DNA of 64,000 nt from Bdellovibrionales bacterium (GTDB lineage: Bacteria > Bdellovibrionota > Bdellovibrionia > Bdellovibrionales > JAUICD01), in assembly GCA_965203275.1 (NCBI GenBank), contig OZ241865.1, positions 1,984,001 through 2,048,000 of the forward strand. The letters are read 5' to 3'. Below are positions 29,630 to 39,656 of this stretch, piece after piece. The translations under genes and the position numbers were made by a program. Every line of letters starts with the position of its first letter. The first letter of the stretch is position 1. The notes below the pieces were generated by a model that was not told the DNA's origin, made no database searches, and saw only the letters and a program-made list of their open reading frames with translations.

Positions 29630-30709
29630 ATGGCTACTAAAAAATCTAAAGCAAAAAAAATATCTAAAAAATCTGCCGTTGAAAAAAAGAGGCCTAAAAA
29701 GCCTCAAAAAGCTAAAACAACAAAACCTCACAAAAAATCCTCTGTCAAAAAAGCTTCCTCATCTAAATCTAAATCTAAATCTAATAAGTCTAAGTTTAAT
29801 AAGTCTAAGTCTAATAAGTCTAACAAGTCTAAAAAAACCACTCAAATGGCCAAAAAAAGAGTTCATAAATCAAATACATCTTCTACTGCAAAGAAAAAAT
29901 CTAAGGGTGTAAAGCCTCCACTTAAGAAAAAAGCCTCAAAAAAAGCTCCAACAAAGATTGTTCAAAAAAAGAAAAAGAAATCACCACCTAAATCTCTCGG
30001 GCAAAAATCTCATACATCACATAAGGTAAAGTCTAAAAAGATAACTCAAAAAGCCACCTCATCTTTGAAAAAAAAGAAGCTTCTACAAAAATCAAAGCCT
30101 TCAGCAAAAGACATTCGGAAAAAAACTCCCACATCTCAATCAAAAAAGAAAGTCCTTTTAAAGGCTACAACTCAAAATACTGTGAAGAAAGGCACAGATA
30201 AATCTTCAGTAAAGCTTGCATCCCACAGAAATACACAACCTAAATCTTCAGTAAAACCTGCATCCCACAGAAATACACAGCTTAAATCATTGCATTCTCT
30301 TCAAAAACCATCAAAGAGTTCTGACCCTATTGAGGTAGCGTTTTACAATGAACAGGTGGTTTTAACCAATGCAGAAGGACAAAGATTTTGCCATGAAAGG
30401 AAGTGTGATCAGCCAGCAACTGTAGATATTTATTGTCGCAAACATTATATTGAATTATGGGATATGATTAAACGTAAGGAGGATATTTTAAAGGACGGCA
30501 AGCTTAAGCAGTTTATCAAACAAATAACTGAAAGATATCCTGATAAATTTTTAGAAATGATCCGACGTAACTTAAGTACTGAAAGAGAATTTACAATGAG
30601 TCTGCAAGAATTAGATATTATTGAAGGTAAAAGTACAGAACAAGAACATCATGATCATAAGGATGAATCTCATAAGGATGTACACTTAGATGATGATATT
30701 TCTTTTTGA
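29630..30709 (+). CDS. Lys/Ser-rich histone-H1-like protein with C-terminal Cys/His domain
   Basis: ~230 aa Lys-rich low-complexity N-terminus; CHERKC...YCRKH; acidic tail; GGAG RBS. Confidence 0.75.
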   Translation: MATKKSKAKKISKKSAVEKKRPKKPQKAKTTKPHKKSSVKKASSSKSKSKSNKSKFNKSKSNKSNKSKKTTQMAKKRVHKSNTSSTAKKKSKGVKPPLKKKASKKAPTKIVQKKKKKSPPKSLGQKSHTSHKVKSKKITQKATSSLKKKKLLQKSKPSAKDIRKKTPTSQSKKKVLLKATTQNTVKKGTDKSSVKLASHRNTQPKSSVKPASHRNTQLKSLHSLQKPSKSSDPIEVAFYNEQVVLTNAEGQRFCHERKCDQPATVDIYCRKHYIELWDMIKRKEDILKDGKLKQFIKQITERYPDKFLEMIRRNLSTEREFTMSLQELDIIEGKSTEQEHHDHKDESHKDVHLDDDISF

Positions 30710-30757
30710 AAAATAATCTTGAAGTTCAATAGTTTCTAGTAAGCTAGCTCTAGTAAG

Positions 30758-33700
30758 CTAGAGACGAGTTTCAAAACTTAAACCAAAATTTAATTTCTTA
30801 GCTATATCTTTATTTAAACCATAATAAATCCCCGTGCGAAGGCTTATAGGTAAATCATAACCTAAGGTTATATTCCACTTAAGTTCCATACCTATAGAAG
30901 TAAACAAGCGATCCAAATGAGTTTTTGTCCCTCTGTCATCTGGATTTTTTCGATAGTCTCCTTTAAGTATCAAGCTATCCAAAACAAAAACCATATCAGT
31001 ATTTCTAAAAAATAAAGGCATTGTTCCCATCCCTCTATATATATTCAAGAAAGGGAAAGCATACTCTAAATTTAATGAATGCAATTGCCAACCACCAAAA
31101 GTGTCTTCAGGATAGCCTCTTATAAGATGTTTAGGATTTCTTCTCCTCAATGGAATAGAAGTTGTGACGACATAGTTTAATGGATATTGTGTGAAGGTAT
31201 GATCTGTTCGCAAAGAGAACTCATGATATCTCAGGGAAGAGTTTTGTTTTAGGGGTTGCTTCTTTTTTAACATCCATCTTAAGGGACTTGGAAAAGACCA
31301 AACGAGCGAAAAACCTGTTCCGACCTCATTTAATGAGGGGGACTTTTTTAATGAGGGGGACTTTGAGTTAATAACTTGACTAAAATAAAAGGGTTTTGTA
31401 TATTCAATATAAAAATTCTCTGATTTAGAAGACAAAAAAGAAGTATCAGGATGTGTAGCATGATAATAAAGACCTAAATAAGGTCCATGCACATATTGGG
31501 TGTCTACTTCAGGGTGAGCATAAGCAGCTATTGTCAACCTCCATCCTAAGTCAATATCCCAGTAAGTATTAAAAAAATACCTTCTATAAAGAGTAAAATC
31601 TGTTTTATGTCGCATTGATCGCATTGATCTTGTAACGATAGAATCAGCAATGATAGGATTTTTCGATGGTGTGGTCGTATTTGTGTTATTGGTTTCCGTC
31701 GTCGTATTTGTGTTACTGGTTTCTAAAGTGATATTTTGTCTTGTGTAGTTGACCTCAAAATGCCATTGTCTATAGTGGTCATAATTAAAGGTTATATTAG
31801 AGATGCCTCGAAATCTTTCTCCTTCATATCTTTGGTTGTTTCGAAAAAAAGTATACTCAAGTCCTACCCTATATTGATGATGCTCTAAAGGATCAGAACC
31901 CCTCAACGTAACAAGAGATTCTAATCCAGAAGACCGAGAATAAGAAATCCAAGGGAACCAAAAATATGGGAAAAGATAAGACATGCCTTGATATTTCTTT
32001 ATAGGAGGAGGCGAATCTTGAAAATGCTTTTGCCATTTTTGACGTAAATAATCCACTTGCTGTTTTGTACCATCCTGGTGAGTCTGTGCCTTTTGACGAG
32101 CAGATTCTTCAAAATTCTCTATAGGTTCTGATATTTGCCAGGCTAAATAAACATCACTAGGATGACAAAAAGGAGCTTCTCGCATCCTCCCATCGGCAGG
32201 ATCAAGCTTTTTTTCACTAGAATGAGGAATCCTTATTTGAGGAAGATCTCCTATAGATTCTAAGTGACTTTTTTGAACTTCTAACCTGTGACCATCTGCA
32301 TGCATCTGTGAAACCCATAGCTCTTGAGCATAAGGATCAAATGCACCATCTTGAATAGCTGTTAAGGTATGGGTGACAGGGTAAGAAGTTTGTGTTTGAG
32401 CATCCCAAAAATAAAGATTGGCTATTCCTGAAGCAGTGGAAGTATATAATAAGCCTCTTTTTTGAGAGTTATTATTAGATGGATCCCCTCTCACAGGGGA
32501 TAAAAATACAATATGTTTATGTTGCGGATCAAAAGGCTGATCAGAAGTTATTTGCCCAGGTAATAACGTGACCTGCTTGGTCTTTTGATTCCAAACCTTG
32601 ATTTGACTAGCTTGATAAGGTTCTTTAGAAAGGAAAACAATTTCATCTTCTGTCAAAGCAAAAGGATAAGAAAGCAAAGCCCGATCTGCTGGATAAAGAG
32701 GAGTGATCTCTTTGGTATCCATATTTATTTGAACCAATGTGTTTTTGTCACTGTCTGTTTGTATGGCCAAAAGATGTTTTTGATTCCAAGAAAGAGCAGG
32801 AAATTGTAATCTTTGACCAAAGGTCAATCGGCGAGGTCTCCGGCCAGAAATATGCCCTTTATACACATCATTGTAAGTGCGAGTGATATTGTTTCTACGT
32901 ACTTCATGGATTCTATCAAAAACAAACTCTTCATTGTTGATCCAATGCACAGACTTAATCCTTATGCCAAAAGCTACAATCTTACCTTTGGATTCTAAAA
33001 AAGACTGATCGAGATGCGGTCTTTGTAAAAGCACAATATGGTGGCCTTTTTCTATAGATTGTTGAATGAATAAAAGATTTTTACCATCAGGGCTTATATG
33101 GGGACTATGGCGACTTGTAATATTATGTGAGGTATTAAAAAGAGGAAGCTTATGGCTATCCTTGAGAGGTTTTTGTTGGATATAGTCGATCTCTTTTTTT
33201 GCATAAAGTTTCCATCGGTTGTATGCGGTTTGAAGTAGTGTTGGATAATCAGCTTTTAAAATCTTCCGAGGGACTTTATTGATAAATAGTTTACCGCTAC
33301 GAGCATGACTTAAATTTAAAAGATTAAATTTATCCAACCCTCTATATGTGCTAATCTCATTCATCAAAAGACTGCCATAAAAATAACGACGGTTTTGAAA
33401 TGGATAAGTGGGTATAAGTCTCTCATTGAGTCGTGAAATGTCTTCGCTCCCCCAAGTACCCTCTGTGACCATAGCACGCACATTGGCATAAAAAATAGGG
33501 GAGTTGAGTCGACCAGCTTGAGAAAACCATGATTCTATATCTGTACCGATACCTTCTATATACCAACGCGGTAAGAATGCAGCAGGATGAAAGAAACTGC
33601 CAAAAAGCCATCTAAAAGGCCTCCAATTTCCACCAGGACTCATCTGCAATACATGGGTATATTCGTGAAGTAATACTGTATATCTCCAAGAGTCATAATA

Positions 33701-34078
33701 TAAAAAGTTATAATTTAAAAAATTAAGTGGTTGTTTAGGAGTAACCCATAATTTGTATCTTGGGGCTACGGTGGCTTTAGCATCTATGTTATCTGTATCG
33801 TCATTGAGTATAATGATGGTCTTAGAAGGTCGCTCTGAGAAATAAGGTTGTAAGATTTCATGAATCATTTCTGCTTCTACAGCATATTCTAATGCCATAT
33901 CTTTTTGCTCTGCATCAAATAGAATATCAAAATGAGGAGTTTCTAATTTTTGCCACTTACGGTGAGATAATTTTGCAAAAGTTGTCTCATTAAAAGACAA
34001 AATCAAAAGAAATACAAAAATATTCCTTAATAAAAAAGCTACGTATGACCGATATGATGATATAAGGAGTATTGACAT
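30758..34078 (-). CDS. Large outer-membrane protein: HExxH peptidase-like domain, TolB-like propeller, C-terminal beta-barrel
   Basis: Signal peptide, ETPHFDI, LLHEYTH...PRWYIEG, ISPDGK PD40-like repeats, LIRGYP...LNLEYAFP Omp85-like tail. Confidence 0.8.
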   Translation of the reverse strand: MSILLISSYRSYVAFLLRNIFVFLLILSFNETTFAKLSHRKWQKLETPHFDILFDAEQKDMALEYAVEAEMIHEILQPYFSERPSKTIIILNDDTDNIDAKATVAPRYKLWVTPKQPLNFLNYNFLYYDSWRYTVLLHEYTHVLQMSPGGNWRPFRWLFGSFFHPAAFLPRWYIEGIGTDIESWFSQAGRLNSPIFYANVRAMVTEGTWGSEDISRLNERLIPTYPFQNRRYFYGSLLMNEISTYRGLDKFNLLNLSHARSGKLFINKVPRKILKADYPTLLQTAYNRWKLYAKKEIDYIQQKPLKDSHKLPLFNTSHNITSRHSPHISPDGKNLLFIQQSIEKGHHIVLLQRPHLDQSFLESKGKIVAFGIRIKSVHWINNEEFVFDRIHEVRRNNITRTYNDVYKGHISGRRPRRLTFGQRLQFPALSWNQKHLLAIQTDSDKNTLVQINMDTKEITPLYPADRALLSYPFALTEDEIVFLSKEPYQASQIKVWNQKTKQVTLLPGQITSDQPFDPQHKHIVFLSPVRGDPSNNNSQKRGLLYTSTASGIANLYFWDAQTQTSYPVTHTLTAIQDGAFDPYAQELWVSQMHADGHRLEVQKSHLESIGDLPQIRIPHSSEKKLDPADGRMREAPFCHPSDVYLAWQISEPIENFEESARQKAQTHQDGTKQQVDYLRQKWQKHFQDSPPPIKKYQGMSYLFPYFWFPWISYSRSSGLESLVTLRGSDPLEHHQYRVGLEYTFFRNNQRYEGERFRGISNITFNYDHYRQWHFEVNYTRQNITLETSNTNTTTETNNTNTTTPSKNPIIADSIVTRSMRSMRHKTDFTLYRRYFFNTYWDIDLGWRLTIAAYAHPEVDTQYVHGPYLGLYYHATHPDTSFLSSKSENFYIEYTKPFYFSQVINSKSPSLKKSPSLNEVGTGFSLVWSFPSPLRWMLKKKQPLKQNSSLRYHEFSLRTDHTFTQYPLNYVVTTSIPLRRRNPKHLIRGYPEDTFGGWQLHSLNLEYAFPFLNIYRGMGTMPLFFRNTDMVFVLDSLILKGDYRKNPDDRGTKTHLDRLFTSIGMELKWNITLGYDLPISLRTGIYYGLNKDIAKKLNFGLSFETRL

Positions 34079-34270
34079 TAAAATAACACCAGTTTTATTG
34101 TATTTATCTTAAGCTTTGTTTTATAGTATAAACTTTGTTATAATACAAGAAAGATTATTTTAAATAATACTTATCATAAATACATTGCAAAAAGAATCAA
34201 AAAAAGATATTTTTATGAAGTGTATAGTTGATCATACAAAATATCAAAACAAAAGAAAGGGGAGCTTAAA

Positions 34271-34795
34271 ATGTATAAAGCAATACAAAAAGATTATATT
34301 AAATACATTAAGTGTTTTTTGTTTATATTAATGATGAACCTATTCATATCTTGTAGTTCTACTCCTCCATCCGATGAGTCTCAAGATTCTTCTGTAGGAG
34401 ATGACCTTCCTGAAGCTGCTCAAATTAATTTTGATCCTAGTGGCAGTGACAGTGGGAGTATAACAGGACTTCACTCTGTTCATTTTGACTATGATCAGGC
34501 TACATTGACAGATGAGGCTAAGCAAAGGCTCAATCAAAATGCCGAGTGGATACGTCAAAATGATGAGGTCACCCTACAAATTGAAGGACATTGTGACCAG
34601 AGAGGATCTTTAGAATATAATCTAGCTCTTGGCGAAAGACGAGCCAGAGTCGTGAAAGATTATTTAACAGATATGGGACTACCTGCTGAAAGACTCAACA
34701 CTATTAGCTTTGGTGAAGAGAAGCCTCTTGCTGAAGGGGATTCAGAGTCAGACCACCGCCAAAATAGAAGAGCTAATTTTGTACCATTAAGATAA
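34271..34795 (+). CDS. pal: Peptidoglycan-associated lipoprotein (OmpA family)
   Basis: Lipobox ISC; VHFDYD, IEGHCDQRGSLEYNLALGERRA, NRRA. Confidence 0.9.
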   Translation: MYKAIQKDYIKYIKCFLFILMMNLFISCSSTPPSDESQDSSVGDDLPEAAQINFDPSGSDSGSITGLHSVHFDYDQATLTDEAKQRLNQNAEWIRQNDEVTLQIEGHCDQRGSLEYNLALGERRARVVKDYLTDMGLPAERLNTISFGEEKPLAEGDSESDHRQNRRANFVPLR

Positions 34796-34823
34796 ATTAT
34801 TAAGATAAATTAATCGATAAGCT

Positions 34824-35126
34824 ATGAAATATATTCTTTGTTTATGGTTCTTGTTATTTTTAATTGCATGCCAAGGAGCTAGGCCTCCACTTGCAGAATA
34901 TGCTATAGCTCGCACAGCCCTTGAATCTGCTAAAAAAGCTAGAGCAGAGCAGTTAGCCCATGGTCATTGGATTAAAGCATTACAACTTTATCAAACAGGT
35001 CAAAATTATTATAAAAGAAGAAAGTATGGGCAATCACTTAAACTCTTTGAACAAGCTATTTTACATGCAGAACGAGCAGAGAATATCTCAAGAGCTAAAA
35101 AAACAAGCCAAGGGACTCCGTTTTAG
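34824..35126 (+). CDS. Small helical lipoprotein (DUF4398-like)
   Basis: LIAC lipobox; ARTALESAKKARAEQLA pattern; follows pal. Confidence 0.7.
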   Translation: MKYILCLWFLLFLIACQGARPPLAEYAIARTALESAKKARAEQLAHGHWIKALQLYQTGQNYYKRRKYGQSLKLFEQAILHAERAENISRAKKTSQGTPF

Positions 35127-35127
35127 G

Positions 35128-36148
35128 TTCACTCAAAATGCATCAGCCGTCTTTTGCACTCAAAGTGAACTGGCCTCTGTTTCACTAAAAGTGGTCTGAC
35201 CTCTGGTCACTTTCTGGCGATGACCACGACGGCTCACGCCGTCGATAAAATGCTCATCGCCTAGTGTTGTTACATGGCAAGCTTCAGAGAAGCTTGCTGT
35301 CTGACCACTTTTAGTAATGAGGATCTCCTCGTTTTTTAACTACATGTTAGGGAAAAAGTTTTTTTTGATGCCGGGTTGCCGGATCCCAGATCCCGGATAA
35401 ACACGATGTTAAGGAAAAAGTTCATTCTTACACCTTTCAGCCCGACGGCTCTCGCCGTCGATCAAAGGCTAACTGCCTCAAAAGCCTGTTCACTTTGAGT
35501 AATGAGGATCTCCTCGTTTTTTAACTACATGTTAGGGAAAAAGTTTTTTTTGATGCCGGGTTGCCGGATCCCAGATCCCGGATAAACACGATGTTAAGGA
35601 AAAAGTTCATTCTTACACCTTTTAGCTCACGTCGTCGATCAAAGGCTGGCTACCTCAAAAGTCCGTTTACTTTTAGTAGAAAGTTAGTTGTTTCACTCAA
35701 AATGAGCCACACCTCTGGTGTGTTTTTGGGCATTGCTCTGACAGCTATCGCTGTCCAAAAAGAGCAATGCCGCAAAAAACTGCTCATTTTGAGTAGGGGA
35801 GGATCCTTTCGTCTCTTAACACCATGTTAGGGAAACAAGGTGTTCGTTTCTATGGATTTCTTTGAAAAGGTAAAGAATTTGGATTTGAAAATTAGAATTT
35901 CAGTGATTTCAATAAGTTTGTTTCACTAAAAGTAAACTAGCCTCTGGCTACTTTTGGACAATGACCGCAATGGCTTTCGCCATTGACAAAATGGTCATTG
36001 TCTCAAAAGTCCGTTTACTTTTAGTAGGGAGGATCCCTTCTTTTTTTAATACCATGTTAAGGAAACAAGAAGTTCGTTTCTCTGGATTTCTTTGAAAAGG
36101 TAGAGAATTTGGGTTTGAAAATTAGAATTTCAGTGATTCCAATAAGTT
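35128..36148 (-). repeat. Large cluster of family A/B elements with local duplications
   Basis: Six ATGTTA(A/G)GGAAA ends; 35310-35430 repeated at 35495-35615; 35826-35917 repeated at 36055-36148. Confidence 0.9.
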
Positions 36149-36596
36149 AGTATTGTAACTTTTGTATAAAAGTTACAGTATTAAGTGTTTGTAATTGTTA
36201 GACTTTTTTAGGTCGACTTTAAAAATTTCTAATTTTTCGTCTAACACAATTCTTATCGTTTATTATGACATAAAACTTTATATTTTTGTTAAAAAAAATC
36301 AAAAAAAGTGACATTTTGTATCAAAAAGAATCACTTTTTTGAATTTTTGTATCATCTTGAAACACTTTACCAATCTTAAAGACATAAGATCAGCAAAACA
36401 AACAATAAATTTTCATTTGTGTTTTATAACTTTTGCTTTGTTTGATTTTTCAAAGCAATTTTCTTGCAAAAATTTGCCTGTTTTTTACTCTTTCAAATTG
36501 TAACTTTTATACAAAAGTTACAGTGCTAAGTCCTTGAAATCACTTAAGTCATTTTTTTGTACTCTCTAAAGGTATAGAGACAAATAAATGAACTAG

Positions 36597-37083
36597 TTTC
36601 ACTCAAAATAAATCATGCCTCTGGCATGTTTTCTGGCAGTTAGCCCGACGGCTTTCGCCGTCGATCAAAGGCTAACTGCCTAGAAAATCCATTTATTTTG
36701 AGTAGGGGGAGGATCTCCTCATTTTTTGACAGGATGTTAGGGAAAAAGAGTTTCATTTGCAGAATGCTTGCTTTTAAGGCAATGAAAGCACTGTTTCCTT
36801 AACATGGTGTTAAGAGAGAAGGAGATCCTTCCTACTCAAAATGAACAGGCTTTTGAGACATTGCTCTTTTTGGACAGCGATAGCTGTCAGAGCAAACGTC
36901 AGAAGGAGATCTTTTTCCTTAACATCGTGTCAAAAGAGGAAAGGATCCTTCCTACTAAAAGTGGTCAGGCTTTTGAGGCAATGACCATTTTGTCAAAGGC
37001 GAAAGCCTTTGCGGTCATTGCCCAAAAGTAGCCAGAGGCTAGACCACTTTTAGTGAAACAGAGGTCAGTTCATTTTGAGTGAA
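36597..37083. repeat. Family A elements: one inverted copy, then a nested pair
   Basis: 36598-36746 reverse copy; outer ACTCAAAATGAAC...GTTCATTTTGAGT copy (36795-37083) contains a complete copy at 36915-37057. Confidence 0.9.
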
Positions 37084-37220
37084 AAAAGCGTGAGTCGGGT
37101 TTAAGATAAACTCCAAAAACATAACATCAATAAGCCTGATGATGATTTTGATGTAGAACGTAAAGGATGAGTGAAGATACTTGTCCATTAAATCATTTTA
37201 ACAATATAAGGGGGTTTAAA

Positions 37221-37937
37221 ATGACATATTTATTTACTAACCAAAAAAGAAATCAAAGAGGCTTTAGCTTAATCGAGCTAATGGTCGTCGTAGCAATTAT
37301 TGGATTATTGGCCGCTGTGGCTATTCCACAGTATGGAAGGTTTCAAAAGCGAGCAATGCAAACAGAAGCTAAAAGCAATTTAAGTGGTGCTTATGTTGCA
37401 ATGAAAACTTTTGTCACAGAATGGAATTATGCAACATCAGACATGGAACAGTTAGGTTATTCCATTGAAGGCAATGATCCTAGATATACCATAGGCTTTG
37501 CTCTTCAAACTGGAGATGCTAGGGATGCTGAAAATAATCCAACGGGTTATAAAGGCCCTAAAGCTCCGGCCACAAACGTACATAGTGTCGGTAAAGCTAA
37601 ACCGAGTGATGTAACGGCTAACACCCATAGTGCTTGGGCTTTACAGGCGGCAGATTGTGTAGATGAGACAACTTCTGCTGCCGGAGAATGCACAGCAGCA
37701 TCAAAGCCAGGGTGTGTAGGTAATGACAATGGTACTTCTGCGAACTATGCAGATGATACGTGTGATCTACCAACACAAAATGGAGTTTATATCAGTAGCA
37801 GTACCGGAATACAGTACAACATAGGAGCAATTGGTTATCTAGGAACAAAAGGAAGCCCAACTGGTCGTGATTTTGATGCATGGACAATTGACGAAGGTCG
37901 AAATCTTGGTGTCACTAACGACGGCACGGATAAATAA
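37221..37937 (+). CDS. Type IV pilin (PilA-like)
   Basis: Prepilin motif RGFSLIELMVVVAIIGLLAAVAIP; AGGGGG RBS before ATG 37221; terminator hairpin at 37955-37990. Confidence 0.92.
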   Translation: MTYLFTNQKRNQRGFSLIELMVVVAIIGLLAAVAIPQYGRFQKRAMQTEAKSNLSGAYVAMKTFVTEWNYATSDMEQLGYSIEGNDPRYTIGFALQTGDARDAENNPTGYKGPKAPATNVHSVGKAKPSDVTANTHSAWALQAADCVDETTSAAGECTAASKPGCVGNDNGTSANYADDTCDLPTQNGVYISSSTGIQYNIGAIGYLGTKGSPTGRDFDAWTIDEGRNLGVTNDGTDK

Positions 37938-37995
37938 TCCATTAATTCAAATATAAGGCTATGGGTTTATCAGGCCCATAGCTTTTATTTTATCT

Positions 37996-38511
37996 TTGGA
38001 GACTATAGCCATGTTTAAAATAAGAAAAGCCATCAAGTATTTAGCAAATCCGAGACAATTTATGTATTTATTGGCTGTTTTAGTCGTGGTCTGGCTACAT
38101 GCCTTTTATTTGATATATGAGAATAATTATCTAAAAGCTAAATTCAAGTCTGATCAAAAGATAGCAAATCAAGAGAAAATACTTGATAAAACATTCCAAA
38201 TAGATATTAACACTGCACGTAGGTCATACGATAGCATCTTTGATCCGGATGAGGCTATTAAGAATAATAAAATAGATACTTTAGAGAGGTTTCTTAATAT
38301 ATGCAATAGTGCCTCTTGTCGATTGATCGGTGGTTTAGAACCCACAAAAAAAGTTTGCAATAAAGAGCTGTCAACATCCAGGGAGTTTCATAAGTATAGA
38401 GTGTATTCATGTAGTTTAAAAATCACAGTGGAAAATGACGAACCTATGGATTGTACGAGGGTAAATTGGAGTGATATAAAAGGCTTTTGTGAAAAGTTAA
38501 ATGATACATAA
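37996..38511 (+). CDS. Hypothetical single-TM protein next to the pilin (likely start 38011)
   Basis: N-terminal TM helix, six Cys; GGAG RBS; terminator 38556-38586. Confidence 0.7.
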   Translation: METIAMFKIRKAIKYLANPRQFMYLLAVLVVVWLHAFYLIYENNYLKAKFKSDQKIANQEKILDKTFQIDINTARRSYDSIFDPDEAIKNNKIDTLERFLNICNSASCRLIGGLEPTKKVCNKELSTSREFHKYRVYSCSLKITVENDEPMDCTRVNWSDIKGFCEKLNDT

Positions 38512-38699
38512 AACCTTTTTGAGAACTTAAAAGTATTTTAACGTTTTCATTTTAAAGAGGGCCCCCACGACAGGCCCTCTTTTTTTATCATTTTGATACA
38601 AATTGCTGATATTTCTTAAAAAATTCTCAAATAATAGTTAAGTCCTGCCCAAATTTTCTAAAACCCTATATTTTCCATAGGCCATAGTTTTTTATAAGG

Positions 38700-39592
38700 A
38701 AATTTTTCCTTAACATCGTGTTAAAAAACGAGAGGATCCTTTTCCTACTAAAAGTGGTCAGGCTTTCTAGGTTGCCAGCTTTTGAGAAGGCGAAAGCCTT
38801 CGGCTGGCAAGCAGAAAGTGACCAGAGGTCAGACCACTTTTAGTGAAACAAAAGGAACTTTTTCCTTAACATGGTGTTAAGAGACAAGGAGATCCTTTCT
38901 ACTAAAAGTAAACGGACTTTTGAGGTAGCCAGCCTTTGATCGACGGCGAAAGCCGTCGGGCTGGCTATCCAAAAGTAGCCAGAGGCTAGTTTACTTTTAG
39001 TGAAACAAACTCCTTAACATTGTGTTAAAAAAGGAAAGGATTCTTCTTACTAAAAATAAACGGATTTTTGAGGTATTGCCTATTTTGTCAAAGGCGAAAG
39101 CCTTTGCAGGCAACACTCAAGGCGTAAGAAGGAACTTTTTCCTTAACATCGCGTCAAAAGAGGAAAGTATCCTTACTACTAAAAGTAAACGGATTTTTGA
39201 GGCAATCAGCCTTTGATCGACGACGATAAGCCGTCGAGCTAACTATTAGAAGGACATTTTCCTTAACATGGTGTTAAGAAACGAAGAGATCCTCCCTACT
39301 CAAAGTGAACAGGCTTTTGAGACAATGACCATTTTGTCAAAGGCGTAAAAAGTGAAATAAATATCTTGTTTCCTTAACATCGTGTAAAGAGACAAGAGGA
39401 TTTTTCCTACTAAAAATAAACGGATTTTTGAGGCAATCAGCCTTTGATCGACGGTGATAAGCCGTCGGGCTGATTGCCCAAAAACAGCTAGAAGCTGGTT
39501 TATTTTTAGTGAGACAAATGCGGTCATTGTCCAAAAGTGGCCAGAGGCCAGTTCACTTTGAGTGAAACAGAGGCTGGTTTATTTTTAGTGAA
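38700..39592 (+). repeat. Tandem and nested family A elements (about six end motifs)
   Basis: Complete copies 38706-38847, 38862-39004, 39370-39512; the last sits inside the loop of another copy. Confidence 0.92.
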
Positions 39593-39656
39593 AATAACGG
39601 CTTGACTTCTTAGATATATGATGTTATAAAATCAAAAATTCAAAAGGAAGGTACAA

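Noticed and set aside
38700..39592. Family A clusters as a CRISPR or guide-RNA array
   Set aside because: Variable parts are self-complementary stems drawn from a few alleles rather than unique spacers, and spacing is irregular
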